Part shown: piece after piece, positions 37,101-51,700 of the stretch | How the letters are laid out: each line of letters starts with the position of its first letter | Numbering within the stretch: position 1 is the first letter of the stretch | DNA from: Lytechinus pictus | Taxonomy: Eukaryota | Length of the DNA: 64,000 nt | Assembly (NCBI RefSeq): GCF_037042905.1 | Contig: NC_087250.1 | Location: 9,798,001-9,862,000, forward strand | Direction: 5' to 3' | Position numbers and translations under genes: made by a program | The notes under the pieces: model-generated | Told to the model about the DNA's origin: nothing | Databases searched by the model: none | Seen by the model: only the letters and a program-made list of their open reading frames with translations

Positions 37101-38631
37101 TGGCACAAGTCTCTAGGAAAAAAGTATTTGGCAGACTAGTTAATTAGAATATAAAAATGTGTAAAAATAGTAACTTATATATTTTTTCTTGCCATCCAGG
37201 CTGAAAGCTTGCTCATTGAAAATAAGGAGCGCGCAATTAAAACCAAACCATTCAATTTTTGGCCTCTCGTAGTTTTAACACTGGCTTAGACTATTCTATA
37301 ACTTACACCCTACTTCGGAATACCGTCCAACCTTATATATTTTTCTTGCCATCCAGGCTGGAGGCTGGCTCATTAAACATAAGGAGTGCGCAATTAAAAC
37401 CAAACCATTCAATTTTTGGCCTCTCGTAGTTTTAACACTGGCTTAGACTATACTATAACTTACACCTTACTTCAGAATACCGTCCAACCTTATATATTTT
37501 TTCTTGCCATCCAGGCTGAAAGCTGGCTCATTAAACATAAGGAGCGCGCAATTAAAACCAAACCATTCAATTTTTGGCCTCTCGTAGTTTTAACACTGGC
37601 TTAGACTATTCTATAACTTACACCCTACTTCGGAATACCGTCCAACCTTATATATTTTTCTTGCCATCCAGGCTGGAGGCTGGCTCATTAAACATAAGGA
37701 ACGCACAATTAAAACCAAACCATTTAATTTTTGGCCTCTCATAGTTTTAACACTGGCTTAGACTATACTATAACTTACACCTTACTTCAGAATACCGTCC
37801 AACCTTATATATTTTTCCTTGCCATCTAGGCTGGAGACTGGCTCATTAAACATAAGGAGCGCGCAATTAAAACCAAACCATTCAATTGTTGGCCTCTCAT
37901 AGTTTTAACACTGGCTTAGACTATACTATAACTTACACCCTACTTCGGAATACCGTCCAATAAGTTCTACGTAGGTTGAAAGTTTGGATCCGTCCCCGTC
38001 GATGGAAGTTGAGTCTGTAATAAGCAGCCGAAACGATGGCATATTTTATTGTTGGCTTCAACGATCTCAAACAGACTATACTTAAATAACAACGTGTCTT
38101 CCATCACAACACCTCGTACGTATTCAATAAATGAATAATATTTTGACAACTGTAACTGTTTATGTTGATTCATATATTCAATAAATATTGGAAGAAAAAA
38201 AAAATTGCCTAAAATAACATCAAACTTTTTCTTTTTAATGATCAAACATAACAATGGTTTATAGTATTTTTACAGTCCATATCAATAAACATTTTTGAAG
38301 AACTGTAATATTACATTTCTAATGCTATGGTTACAGCACGTTGTTCGTGTCTTTGCACGAACTTATCTCACAACCTAAACTAATTAATGTTTATGATAAT
38401 CAATAATTGTGAGAAATATATATTATAGATTCACGTATTGGCTCAATACAGTCATAACAATAAACAGCCCAAAGTTAATGTTTTGTTTTTTTTTGCTTTG
38501 CCTTTTTTTGCCTCTGAATATGATTGATCTGATCATAACAAATTTGAGTAACTTTGAATAAACATTTGTTTGGAAAAAAAAACATTTACTTTCGGATTTA
38601 TTTTTTTCACTACATATATGCAGTATATATA

Positions 38632-40594
38632 CAGTGCGTCCCAAAAAAAACTATACACTTTTGAAATGGCTGCCAAATAAAAAAATGTACCACTTTGGGG
38701 GAAAAGACTTATAGATATGGAAAGCCTATAAAGTCAACTTTCAAATGACACCAAAAAGTTGGAAAACTATTCATGCTTGAGCGAGCACTGCCCACTGAAA
38801 CAAAGGGTATGAAAATTAGGGTGGGCTGGAATTAGCCTTCCAATTTCTTTCAGTTTTTTTTGTTTGGTACTTGCAAAGTTGATGGTTATTTGGTGAATTA
38901 AAGATCAGTTGTGATCAGTTTGTTGTTTGTGAAAATTTAATGGTTATTAAATTGAAATTTAATGCATGAGTGATCATGAATTGGGTGCAGCATTTTGTCT
39001 TATCATGTGGGTCTCAACAATGTGTTCACGACAGTCAGGAGAAGAGGGGGTAATATGACTTAGGTAGGTGAAGTACGTTGATGGGATAAAGGTCAACAGA
39101 ACATTTAGCAACCCCTCTCTCAATCTCACCCCCCCCCCCGCTTATCTCCTCCTGAGAGACTAAGCTCAGCTAAAGTAGGATGGGCAGGAATTAGCCTTAC
39201 AGTTTTTTTGAGTGGTTAGTCCTTTGGAACTTGTTAAGCTAAATTAATGAGAGAGATAAGTTTTGGTTTCTTAGGCAAATTTCATGAGTTACTAAATTGA
39301 AATTTAATGCATGAGTGAACAGGAATTGTAATTTTATTGTTGCATATTCATCTTGTGAACCTCAGAAGTGTGTTCGTGAGAGTCAGAGTAATGTGATGGT
39401 ACCCGTTACAAGCAAGAGGGCGAGATATGCTAAGACTGGGCGTTGTGGCGTGCGCCTGTAATCCAAGCTATGTGGGGAAGTTACAAATTGATGCAGAGGT
39501 TCGAGCCCTGGTCACGTCTTTCGGATGGTGACGTTAAAGGTCGGTCCCAGACGTAAATAATCATTTCTGATTGATACACGTCTGACAAAACTCAAATACA
39601 CACTTGGTTAAAAGGGCATTCCTCTTCTTTTTTTTCCTTTTACAAATTGAAAGTCATATGTACCCTCCCCTCTCCACCTCCATTTCCCAGCCCCCAGCCC
39701 CCCCCCCTCTCTCTGTCTCACTTCCTGCATCATTTGTAGCCTATTCAAAACTTAACTGCCAAGTGACCGGTGGCTGATGGTCAGTTTTTTTTTTCAATGA
39801 TTACCAAGAAATTTAATGATTATGATGATTAATGAAATAATTAATTGAAAAAAAACTGAATGTTTGATTGATCACATTGCACATTGAATAAGTTGATTTA
39901 CTGATAAATTGTTGATTAAATGATTGATAGGAAAAAGTTGATGTCCCAATTCAGAATTAATCATTAAATCAACATTCTGCTCTGGACTTCACGCGTACAT
40001 GACAATAGCCATCAGTCTCTCAACAGGAGGGAGGGCGGGAGAGAGGGAGGGGGCGGGGGCTGAATGTTCTGTTGACCCTTATTCCATCAACCTACTTCTC
40101 TGACTTAAGTCCTATCTCACCCCCTATTCTCCCGACGCCCATGAACACATTGCTGAGATCCACATGATAAATTTGAAATGCTGCCCAAAACGAGATCCAA
40201 ATGATAAAGTTTAAATGCTCCCCAAAAAGTGTAACTTGTGTTCACTCATGCATTAAAGTTCAATTTAATAATTTATAAAATTTGCTTAAGCAACCAAAAC
40301 TGGTCATGGTTGATCATTAATTTATCACATCGCCCTTAACTTTGCAAGTTCGAAAGGATTTGCCTCTCAAAAACTTACATAAATCGGAAGGCTAATTCCA
40401 GCCCACCCTAATTTTCATACCCTTTGTTTCAGTGGGCAGTGCTCGCTCAAGCATGAATAGTTTTCCAACTTTTTGGTGTCATTTGAAAGTTGACTTTATT
40501 GGCTTTCCATATATGTAAGTCCTTTTCCCCAAAGTGCTACATTTTTTATTTGGCAGCCATTTCAAAAGTGTATAGTTTTTTTTGGGACGCACTG
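38632..40594. mobile_element. Non-autonomous Tc1/mariner-like foldback element, present only in unit 2
   Basis: TA-CAGTGCGTCCCAAAA...TTTTGGGACGCACTG-TA, with ~210-bp near-perfect TIRs plus longer imperfect arms. Empty (TA)n site at ~8093-8109 in unit 1. Confidence 0.9.
39434..39603 (+). mobile_element. Putative 7SL-RNA-derived SINE (Alu-domain-like head, B-box, Deu/Nin-like body)
   Basis: GACTGGGCGTTGTGGCGTGCGCCTGTAATCCAAGCTA resembles the SRP RNA 5' end. B-box GGTTCGAGCCC at 39498. CGTCTTTCGGATGGTGACGTTAAAGGTCGGTCCC follows. Decayed copies at 14848-14940 and 47326-47418. Confidence 0.65.
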
Positions 40595-40974
40595 TATATA
40601 TATATATGACCTAGATGGTGCAAACTGAAATATTGTTTTCTGTGGATCATTGTAATGCCGGGAGTGGCAGAATGGTGCAGGATTCAACTCTGAACATGGT
40701 ATTTTCATGAATCAGAAGAGTGAATGGAGACATTTAGTCTAGTCTTACTTTCACTGTGATAAAAAACAATTTTTATGTTTTACATGTTATCACAGTTATA
40801 TTGTGCTGCACTCAACCCAGGTGAGGTGAATGGGTACCTGGTAGGAATATATTCCTTGAAATGCCGAGCGCGTAAAATCTGCTTGAGCTACAGCCAGGGT
40901 AATAATATCCTAGTCCTTTGGAAGCGCATAGAGACGTTATTCATAATGTGCTATGCGCCATACAAGAACTGACT

Positions 40975-41049
<75 letters not shown>

Positions 41050-44000
41050 CCACTCCCGCACTACCATTCACACATGCATGCACAGCATTATGATTGATCT
41101 GATCTTTAAACAAATGAGTAACTTTGAATTAACATTTGTTTCGAAAAAAGCATTAAAGGACAAGTCCACTCCAACAAAAAGTTGATTTGAATAAAAAGAG
41201 AAAAATTCAACAAACATAACACTGAAAATAGCATCATAATCGGATGTAAAATAAGAAAGTTATTACATTTTAAAGTTTCGCTTAATTTTACAAAACAGTT
41301 ATATGCTCATCCTGGTCAGTATGCAAATGAGGAGACTGATGACGTCATCCACTTTTGTATTTTATTATATGAAATATGAAATATTCTAATTTTCTCCTCA
41401 TTGCCAAGTGAAACAACGATTAACTCCTCCCTGAACATGTGGAGTTAGCATTGTTTAACACTATATGGTTCAGTCAAGTTGGTCCTTGATATTATATATT
41501 GTATTGTATTGTAAATATTGTATAATTCAAACATAATAAACAAAAGAAATAGTGAGTGATGAACATCATCGACTGACTCACCTAGTTGTGCATATCACTG
41601 TTTTGTGAAAAATAAGCGAAACTTTAAAATGTCATAACTTTCTTATTTTACATCCGATTTTGATGAAATTTTCAGTGTTGTGCTAGTTTTATTTTTCTCT
41701 ATTTATTCAAATCAACATTTTTTGGGGTGGACTTGACCTTTAACTTAGGAATTAGATGGACAACTACACCTGGGTTTCCTTATTCATATAGTGCAGTGGG
41801 TTCTTAATGTGCAAAGGTGGTGACTTTCCTCTAGACAGGACCTCAAAATTAACGCCCTATCCGAGAGACGGTTTACTTCGACTGTAACATAGCCAGCATC
41901 GATAGAACAGAAATGAAACGTATATTAATCAATCATGTATATTTTTGTTGTTTTTATATTTTTTTGTGAATTATGTTTTAAGGGGCTTGTTGAAAAATAG
42001 CCTGACGGTCAAGAGCTTTTTTACACCATATTGAAATTAACAAACAAACAAATAAACAGAACTGGAGCTTTTTTTTCCTTGTGCTGATATATCCCTAGAC
42101 ACCTATAACAAACTTAGCACCTAAAAACACTCATAACATGCGTAACTGTAGGAACCGGTTTGTGCAACATCACCCAATAACAGGTAGGGGAGACCAGTGA
42201 CAATTGTAACATGGGGCAAATGTAACAGAGGCTCCCACTAGTCCGGCAGCCCAGGATATTTATTCAACCGGAAGCCGGACAAGCAAATGACCCCATAGCT
42301 GGATGGCATGGACCCTGAAATTTACAAAAATGCATTGCTGCCGGGTTTTATCCGTGGTCTTCCCGCCGAAATGATCTATAACGTCACTACAAAATGGCCC
42401 TATTTCACCATTTTTTTGACATTCTACACATCGCATGAAGTCAAGGTGGAATAGCTCAGCCAAACCATACTTGTTTTGTATGAAACTTACAAAATATATT
42501 GTTCAAGTATTGAAAAGAGACATGCAAAATTTCACAAACAGGAATTATTGTTTACATATGCAAATTACGTCATGAAATTTGCATATCATTAATTTTTGAT
42601 ATTTTTTGCATAAAAAATTGTCGAAAATCGATTTAGAAATTTATTTTCTTTTTTAGTGTACTTTTTTTGATATATTTCCTGTCAAGCATAATATCGTTCT
42701 CTTTATCTATATCTATACTTTTAGAAAATATATGTCAGTAATTGGAAAAGGCATTATAGACTGTGATTTCAGCCCTCTTTTCAATATGGTGCGTATATAG
42801 AAATCGTGCGTTTTGGGCCTATTTTCACCATTAAGCTGAGGTGTGCGAACGATATGCCCACTTTATCGATGTTTCCTGCATTTTGCATGATATTAAATCT
42901 TCGAAACAACATATTTTCATCTTAATTATGTCTCTGCTGATAAATAAATGATTTCAGCAAAGATTGATTTCCCACTGGGCAGTCTATAGGTTACGTTTTC
43001 AGCCTAGTTTTCGACGACGAACATATACCATGTATGACTGCATTATTGTAGTCGAGTCGGAAATGGGAGTTCCTGTGCACCATCAAAGTATACTTTTAAA
43101 TCAACGTTTTTGTATTCCCTGAAGTGTCTAGTTAATGAATCTTGATGTTTTCTTTGCAAAATCGTGTCCCACTGGGTTCAAATTGATATTTTTGGCGGCC
43201 CTTTTGGATTTTTTTCAATGAAAATTCATTATTTTCATATTTTTGTGCAGAGAGTGTGACAATAGGACAATCTTACATGAATACGCATTTTACTATGATT
43301 CGGATAGTAGAAATCGGTTGAAATCGTTTTCTGGACAGACCTGCTAATATATTTTGAAATAAATAAAAATATACCCCGAAATTGTCATGCTTTTGGTCCA
43401 AAATTTGCATGTGCATTGATATCTATCTGCTCAGTCATTAACATCAACAACTATTGCAAAATATCAGCATTCGACACGAAAGAGGATATATTATACCAAG
43501 AATACTGAAACGCTTCGTGACAGTATAAATTAATGTCTTAATTTGCTTAGTTAAAGGGAAAATACCATGTATTACTCGTTATTGCGATAAAGTGACACAA
43601 AAAAGCAACCTCTGTGTCATAGGCACACCTGCAAGAGCCCGAGGAAGGTCCCCTTTCCCTATCAGTAGCTTGACTAAAAAATGAGATTTTTTGAGCCCCC
43701 AATGTGACAAGATGGTGGTTCCTTTATGTAAAAAAACAACTCTTATTTTATTGAAATCACTTGGAGACAAAACAGTAGGCTCTTCTCTATCAGCTACATT
43801 ATAAAGAAGTGAGGGCACAGCAAAGCCTACCCCCCCCCCTTACGGGACCGCCAAAGTCCCCCATCCTTTTTTCGTATTTTGCCCATTTCTTGGAAAATTC
43901 GCAATTTTTGTAGCCCCCTTGAAGGGAAAAGACGTTTCTGCTTTGCAGTCAAGTCACCTTTATTGTTTTTAACCACTTGGAGATAAAATAATAGACTTTC

Positions 44001-47000
44001 CTCTATCTGCTACATATAGGGAAGTGCTGACACAGCGAAGCCTAAGCCTAAACCCTCAGGGTGCTGCCGAAGTCACTCACCCTTTTTTTTTGTATTTTAC
44101 CTATTTATGGGAAAATATGCCATTTTGGAGCCCCCATTGAGGCAAAAAGCTTTTCTGCTAGGTAAAAATGCCACTTTTATTGTTTAAAACTATATGGAGA
44201 CAAAATAATAAAGTTTCCTCTATCTGCTACATATAAAGAAGCGCTGATACAGCAAAGCCTATGCCCTTTGGGGACTGTCGAAGTTACCCACCCTTTTTTT
44301 TTATTTCACCTATTTGTGGGAAAATATGCAATTTTTGGAGCCCCCATTGAGACAAAAAGCGTTTCTGCTATGTAAAAATGCAACTTTTATTTTTGTTACT
44401 GTATGGAGACAAAAAATGGAGGTTCCTCTATCTGCTACATAATAAAGAAGTGCTGGTACAACAAAGCCTACCCCCTCTGGGGACTGCCGAAGCTACCCAC
44501 CTCTTTTACGTATTTTACCCTAATGGGAAAATATGCCATTTTTGGAGCCCCCATTGAGGCAAAAATCGTTTCTGCTATGTAGTAAGGCCACTTTTATTGT
44601 TTTTAAACTATATGATGGAGCGTTGTGGCCCAGTGGATAAGTCTTCTGACATTGAAACATTCTGCTGCACTCGACCCAGGTAAGGTAAATGGGTACCAGG
44701 CAGGATTAATTCCTTGAATGCACGAGCGCTGAAAGGCAGCTCGAGCTAAAGCCGGGGTAATCATAATAATAACGCGCCTCGGAATAGAATATTTCTGGAT
44801 AGATGGCGCTATATTGGGATGCCGTTGGGATGAAAGTATATTTCAGGTGGAATTTTCTTTGAAGAAAAAAAAATTATATTCGTGCCAAATGTATTCTACT
44901 GTCTGTTATTATACTTTCAAACATCGTTTAATAGAAATATATAAATGTCAAATCAATGATTTATATTACATTTTCTATCATGATATGTCACTACTGGAAA
45001 CCTATGTTTGTGTAGAAAAGTAACGAACAAAAATATGAAATGTTGTGTCACGTTTTTATTTTTATTTGTCTAAAATATGAAGATGTTTGGGGAAAAATGA
45101 CACATAAATATTGTTCAACTCCCGATGAAAAAGCAAAGTGATAGAGGGGCATGATATACTCATTTGTTTGATATCAAATTCGTCATGATAGCACAAATAT
45201 TTTATAAGATACAGTAAAATCTTATGATGTTTGGCAAGTGTCAACTTTTCTTTGAGTTTCTTTGGTGTATGTAAATTTTTGGCCTCATGGCAGCGTGCAA
45301 AGCCTTTCATATAAATGTTTTTAAAAAATACTGCTAAACCTCGAAAACAAAGAAAAAAGGGTGAAACACTCCATGTAATTTACAAACCAATTCTCCATAC
45401 GATTACAATCGACAATTGTTCACTGCCAAATATTTGTAAAAACATCACAATTCGAAATAATCAATTTACAGTGGTCAGAAAGGATTGTAACATATATATA
45501 AAAGGCGTAGAAATGGATAAAACTTCAATAGGCCGCTTTCTGAGAACAACAAGGGGAGCCCGGGCTTTAAATCTCAAAAGTACATACACTTGATAGAACT
45601 TCCCCTACCAAGGCGGGGAAAACCTGTCCAGGGTCCCGATATCTCGCAATACTGCATACAAACGTCACCTACTGGCTAGCTCAGTGACTTTGTCAAATTC
45701 GAGCAGGCTGGCAAATCACAACCCAGCATTCATTACACCGATATAATAATGGGTGTGACGTAATTATGAAAAGTGGGCAGCTCTCCGATAAACAAATCAC
45801 TGATCGGCCACATGGTTTTCGTCAACGAGAAAGCCACAAATGTTGAGGATATAAATCCACAGGTGAGAGGTAACTCACTGAGGTTCGAGCCATTATCCAT
45901 ATCAAATTTTTTTCGGTATGGCCTAAATAGAGATCTCTCTTGGCTGGACAAAATTATATATTTTTTTTAAAATGATTTCAGGAATATTTCATGAGTTAAT
46001 CAGCAATAATCATCTTACTAGGCTATCAATTTACTTTTAGGTACTTTCATTCTTTCTTGTCTAGCACACATTTAATCCTCCTCCAAACATGTTGACACTT
46101 GATTTCAAGATAGAGTAATATTGGAGTTCACCTCATTTTATCCTGAATGAGTCTTATATTAAGAGGCCTTTATCGATTACCTTATTCTTTTAATGCATAT
46201 TCATGAGTCCAGGACGAAGCTGCTGTTTTGATACACCAATTTTCGACAGAGACTTTATAGGTTGATCTTTGTCACGAATGGGATTCGATAATACATGTTC
46301 TATGTTCTTGAAAGAGTTCTTCGTCGCAGCGCAACAACTTGATAATGAGATGGGGGTATTGTTGATGAGATATTGCTTGAGTATCGTCTGAGGCGGTTTT
46401 CCGTCATGCAAAAGATGTGGAGCGTCGTGGCCCAGTGGATTAGTCTCCGGACTTTGAAACAGAGGGTCTTGGGTTCAAATCCCAGCCATGGCGTAATTTC
46501 CTTCAGCAAGGAATTCATCCACAGTGTGCTGCACTCGACCAAGGTGAGGTAAATGGGTACCGGCAGGAAGTAATTCCTCAGAAAGCTGTGTGCACCTGCT
46601 TAGCCGGGTAATAATGGTAGCAGGGCCTGCTGGGAGAACAGTTTTCGGAACTGAAGTGGCTACCCTGGGTAAAAATACCGTTATTATTATTATTATTATT
46701 ATCATACAGATCGAGCTTGTCTTGGTGGATACATATTGTAATCTTACCGAGTCTGGCCCGAATGCCTCTGGAAAGCAGACAGCAAAAAAAAAAACCCAAG
46801 CATTCTATTTCAGAGACTCAAGGATGTAGGGAAGGGCAAGGGCAATATCACAGAATATTAACACAGTGACCAAACAAAATCAATTCAATTCTTTATTCCA
46901 TTTCCATTCAAAACACAATACAAATAAATATACATCAGATACAATATTAGAGATGAGCATCCTTACTTCGTAAACAAAAAAAATCACAATGTCTTCCCTT

Positions 47001-48476
47001 TGAAGTAAATAGAAAACAATAATAATGTTTGTAACTAATCATTTATATTGGGATTTATTCATTGTTTAGTCCATACCAGGGCTCCATAACACAAAGGTTT
47101 GAACTCAATCGCTAAATACCAATGACCAATCAAGATCTTCGTTGCACGCGCACTCTGTTTAAAATACTGACCGGGAACGTTCGGTGCGGTTCTTTCATAC
47201 ATGCAATTCATCGGAAGCCTTTGTGTTACGGAGCCCTGAACGTATTAATCTTGACTCAATGCAATGTCAAAACCTTAATTTGCACCTGCCCCAAATTTAG
47301 TGCCGCCCTGTTTCCATGGCAATGTACCGGTGCGTTGTTAAGTACACCTGGAATCCAAGCAACATGGGCATGATGGGGAAGCTACGAACTTAAGCAGAGG
47401 TTCAAGGTTCGAGCCCTGCGTTACTGATTAATCGTACGCTTGATTTTTATTATGGATTGTACATCGTATTCAATGCAATACTTAATAACATAATAATTAT
47501 ATACAATTGTTATACAATAATGGCTTAGCCAGTATATACATACGCAATGGCGGTCATAAAGATACATGATATATAAAATAACCAATGTTACATAGTAATA
47601 ATGAAAACATATAAAAGTCATTGTTGCTTTTGTCTGTAATCTGATTGCGCCACACCAGTCGAGCCAGTGCATACAGGGTGCACCTTGGGGGCGTTTGCCC
47701 CCCCCCCCCCTCCAAAAAAAACACGCTTTCACCACCAAGACAAAAAAGAGATAAAATGTAAGGAAATAAAACAGAGATGGGTGAAATGTATGTATACTAT
47801 CATTTTCTGAATATTAAGTCAAAATCTATCACTAGATTCGATTTTTGTAACAAAAAATATCAAAAGTTTTGCTCGCTCTCTTCGCTCACTCGCAACATTC
47901 TATTGATTTGTTTTCCCGGTACGCCATATCTGGCACCTCAGTTCCTTTGGCTCATCAAACCACTGAGTCGAGCTGAGTGATTTGTTGAAAATAACATTAT
48001 CTCCTTACGTTTTGTGCCATGAATATTCATGAGGCGTACTGACTAAATAAGCCCCATGATATCGTAATTTAATATGTCAATCGCGTCGTAACCGAATTGA
48101 AGCCATTTTAGTCTTTCCCCGGATGAATAGCATTTCGGACTTTTCGCAATTATTACGGGGAAACTCTCTACACCGCATCAATCCCTTTGAAATTGCAAGT
48201 CAAACAACAATTGAGAGCAGAGAGGCTTTTGTCGAAAGTTGGTGGACCGGGACAGTATCGAATGTTGGTGGACCGGGACAGTATCGGAATATCTTGACTC
48301 TGGACAACGACATATTTGCAATCGTTCGCCCGGTGCAAATCGTCGGATGATCTGCTGTACCAGTCCACCATCTTTCGACAAAAGCTACTCAGCTCTCCAT
48401 TGTGATTTTAATTGCATTTCCAAAGGAATCAATGCGTTGTAGAGAGTTTCCCCGTAGTAAATGCGAAAAGTCCCTA

Positions 48477-48704
48477 TTAACCACATGAAACAGGGACCTT
48501 GCAGACAAAGGGATATTTTAAAAAACAGAATGTGTCTCACCATCCCGAACGTACTACCCAGAACATTGTGCAATATGGATTGGACAAGTCCAGTCCATAT
48601 CCAGCAAGCCATTTGTTGTAGTTGAACGGTGTCCCATCTGTCCAAACAAAGGGACCAGGTAAGCTGGGTCGGTGAAGCCCGATCCAGTACCCGTTATCAC
48701 CAAT
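48477..48704 (-). pseudogene. C-type lectin exon 5 of the preceding copy, with a premature stop
   Basis: TGG CGA GAC (WRD) has become TGG TGA GAC at 48537-48539. There is also a Y>F change (TAC>TTC). Confidence 0.85.
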
Positions 48705-51700
48705 CTGTAGGGAAATGACAGATAAAATACCAAAGTAGGCTTACATATTTTCGATGAAATCTGGGCCCGTAGCAAAAAGAAAGTTTGAATGTATAACCAC
48801 ATTTGCTTTGATTTTTATGAAAAGCCTGATGTACTTCTGCCAACAGTTTTCTCACTAAAAGGCGCCCATGGCTTCATTGTGACACTATCCAAAAGGCGCG
48901 TACACCAACATAACCATTCGAAACCGCACAGAATGGGGCCAAGGCCTTGAACTTTCCACCCATTTGCATAATTGTTTAATCTTGTAATGGCCCGTATTCT
49001 GAAGGCGGGTTTAATTTAAACCCTGGTTTAAAGTTGTGGTTTAACAATGGAAAGCCAGTTGTTAAATATATCTCTAACAGTATAAGTTTCATGTATCAGC
49101 TCATTTGACTCCCAAAACATTATTAATTGCCTGGGAAGGATAAGTGTGACAGTTGTTCTCACCAGTAAAGAATTAGTAAAGAGCCAGTAAACATGAGTAG
49201 CATTCTGTAAACAAATTTGAAAAATTTGGCTTCTTATAATTTTAGCACAGAGTTATACCCCCGTCACACTTATTCGGAATCAGCAGGAATCGAGCAGAAG
49301 CTGGAAAGAAAAAATATTCAAAAAATCTAGAAATTTTTGGGAGGAACTTATGAAATCATCAAACTGGAGTTGAAATTCAGTAAATTGACCAGGTGTATCA
49401 TCATACACTAGTCAAATGAACCGCAATGGAGTCAGATTGATAATCGTGCTACGTTCTTGGACATTCTAGGGGCATTCTAAATATTCTGACTGCATTCTGA
49501 GTGCATTCGAAATATTTTTGTCATTTCTTTTGGCCGTCCCGAAGGTTTTGGTCATGTTCAAAACATTCGAGGGGTATTCTCGAACGATGTTGGAAGTAGA
49601 TTTAAATGACCAATTGGTGGTCAAACAATAGTCCTTTCATTCAGGCCAATTCTGCTTGATTCGGAATAAGTGTGATGGGGGCTTAAGACCATGGTCTAAG
49701 CTAAACCCGAATTCAGAATACGGGCCTATGGGTGCATGTTTAGGAATAAGTGACCCCTTATTCACTGTGATGGAAAATTTTATTTCAAAGCTGTCTTTAG
49801 CAGTCTCATTTGGCAGCAATGTTTATCAACCTATGGGCAGAATTCTGTGCAAAAATGAAATCGATTTGTTTATTCATGGATGAGTGAGCACGAATTAAAA
49901 AGGGAAAAGGGCGTATTTTCATTGTCACCGACTCTTCTTTAGGGGTTGTTAAGTGAATCATTGGGGCAAATTCAGATTCAAATGTGACTTCAACTGCTGT
50001 TGTTTTTAATCATCCATCATATTTATCACCACGCACTTTCCGAACTTTTTACACTTTCATGGTTGAGCGAGCACAATCGAAAACTCTTTTTACTGCATAA
50101 ATGTATTCTTTTCCTAACTCTTTTTACTGCATTCATGTATCATTTTCCTAACAATTTCTCAGGATCAGTTGAATTCATGGACAAATCAAGGCAGAATTTG
50201 AAAGTGGAGAGGGGCCAAGAAATTGGGGGAGGAGAGCGACTAACATTTTCCAATTTTAACATGTTTTAACTACCATTAACCCCTATGATGATCATGATAC
50301 ATCACAAAAAAATTGTGCTCACTCAACCATTATCAAAATTTTGTGTGGAGTGGCTAATTAATGGATAGTAAAACATAAAATTCACAAAAAAAACATACAG
50401 CAACAACCTTTGCCTTACTTTCTGTTTACACCATCTGAAAAACGACTCTTGTGACTTTCAAAAATAGTCATTTTTAATTCAATCTTTGATTCACCGGCGT
50501 AAATCCACTGTGAGGAGTGGGGAATGATTGACTTTTTTGACGATTTTATTTTCTGTCGATCTGACACTTGGGTATAAACACACACTCTCACTGACCCCCA
50601 CAGACCCCCTTACACACATTTTTATATTTATTTTGCGAGTGATTACAATTTTCTAGTTTTTAATCGCTTTTCCTAACATAAATTCTAAAATATGAGCGAG
50701 CAAAGCGTGCAAGCCAAAAATAACCACCTTTTTTGTTTTCAATCGCATTTTCAAATAGAAATTCTAAAATATGATGGTTGTTTATGACAGATATTCAAAG
50801 ATTTTACTAACGGATTAATTAAAATATATTTTCTTTCTTAAAAAGTGGATGGATATTTGTACACGCCATCCCCCCTCTCCAAAAAGTGGGGGGATGTATC
50901 CCCCGTCCCCCCGGGATTTACGCCAATGCTTTGATTACTCATGCATGACGCAACTGATCAATCTCATTCCCCCCAGGAGTTGCTTAATGAGTGTAGACAA
51001 CCACCTACGAAATATCATATTCTAAAATTATTCCGTTCAAAAGTTACAGCATTTTTATTTAGGGGGGAATTACTTTTTTGTTGTGTATATGTATGACTAT
51101 ATATTTAATCAAATCAAATCGGTCGTGCGATCCAAAAGAGTAAATAGGGGGTAGTTTCATTAATATTTAAATATTGATGAAACACCGGGTCACTCGGCGG
51201 GAGCGTTGGTAATTTCACCGAGCCTATTTATCAATCTATTTCAGGAGGTAAATCTACTTAAAAACAAACATTTTTTAAAACGTTTAACAAATCTTGAAAA
51301 AAGCTTAGTTGAAATATTCTTTTAAAAATGTGTTTGATGATTTTTTAACAGACTTTGATGTTCCTGTCATTACAGGTTGATAACATTGAAAGATAATTTT
51401 TAGCATTGAAAATATGTTATTAAGATGTTTCTTTAATTTCTGAACAAAAATCATCATGAAAATTTGGAAAATGGTTTTGTTAAACACTGATGAATTCTTC
51501 TCTATTAAGGATTTTGATAAACGTAAAAAAATATTTAAAATAGTGTTTAATATCTTCTAAATACTTTATCATGACCTTTCTAGAACGTTAAATGTTATTG
51601 AAGTAATATTTTGATAACATTTAAAAAAATGTTTTGTTTCTGAAAAGTATAATTAGTATGATATTATCAAAGCGTAAAAAAAAAATTTACGTTTCGGGAA

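Noticed and set aside
39434..39603. Functional 7SL RNA gene, or human Alu contamination
   Set aside because: Similarity covers only the 5' Alu-domain part. There is no S-domain and no Alu dimer or poly(A), it is embedded in a native transposon, and decayed copies exist in the window.
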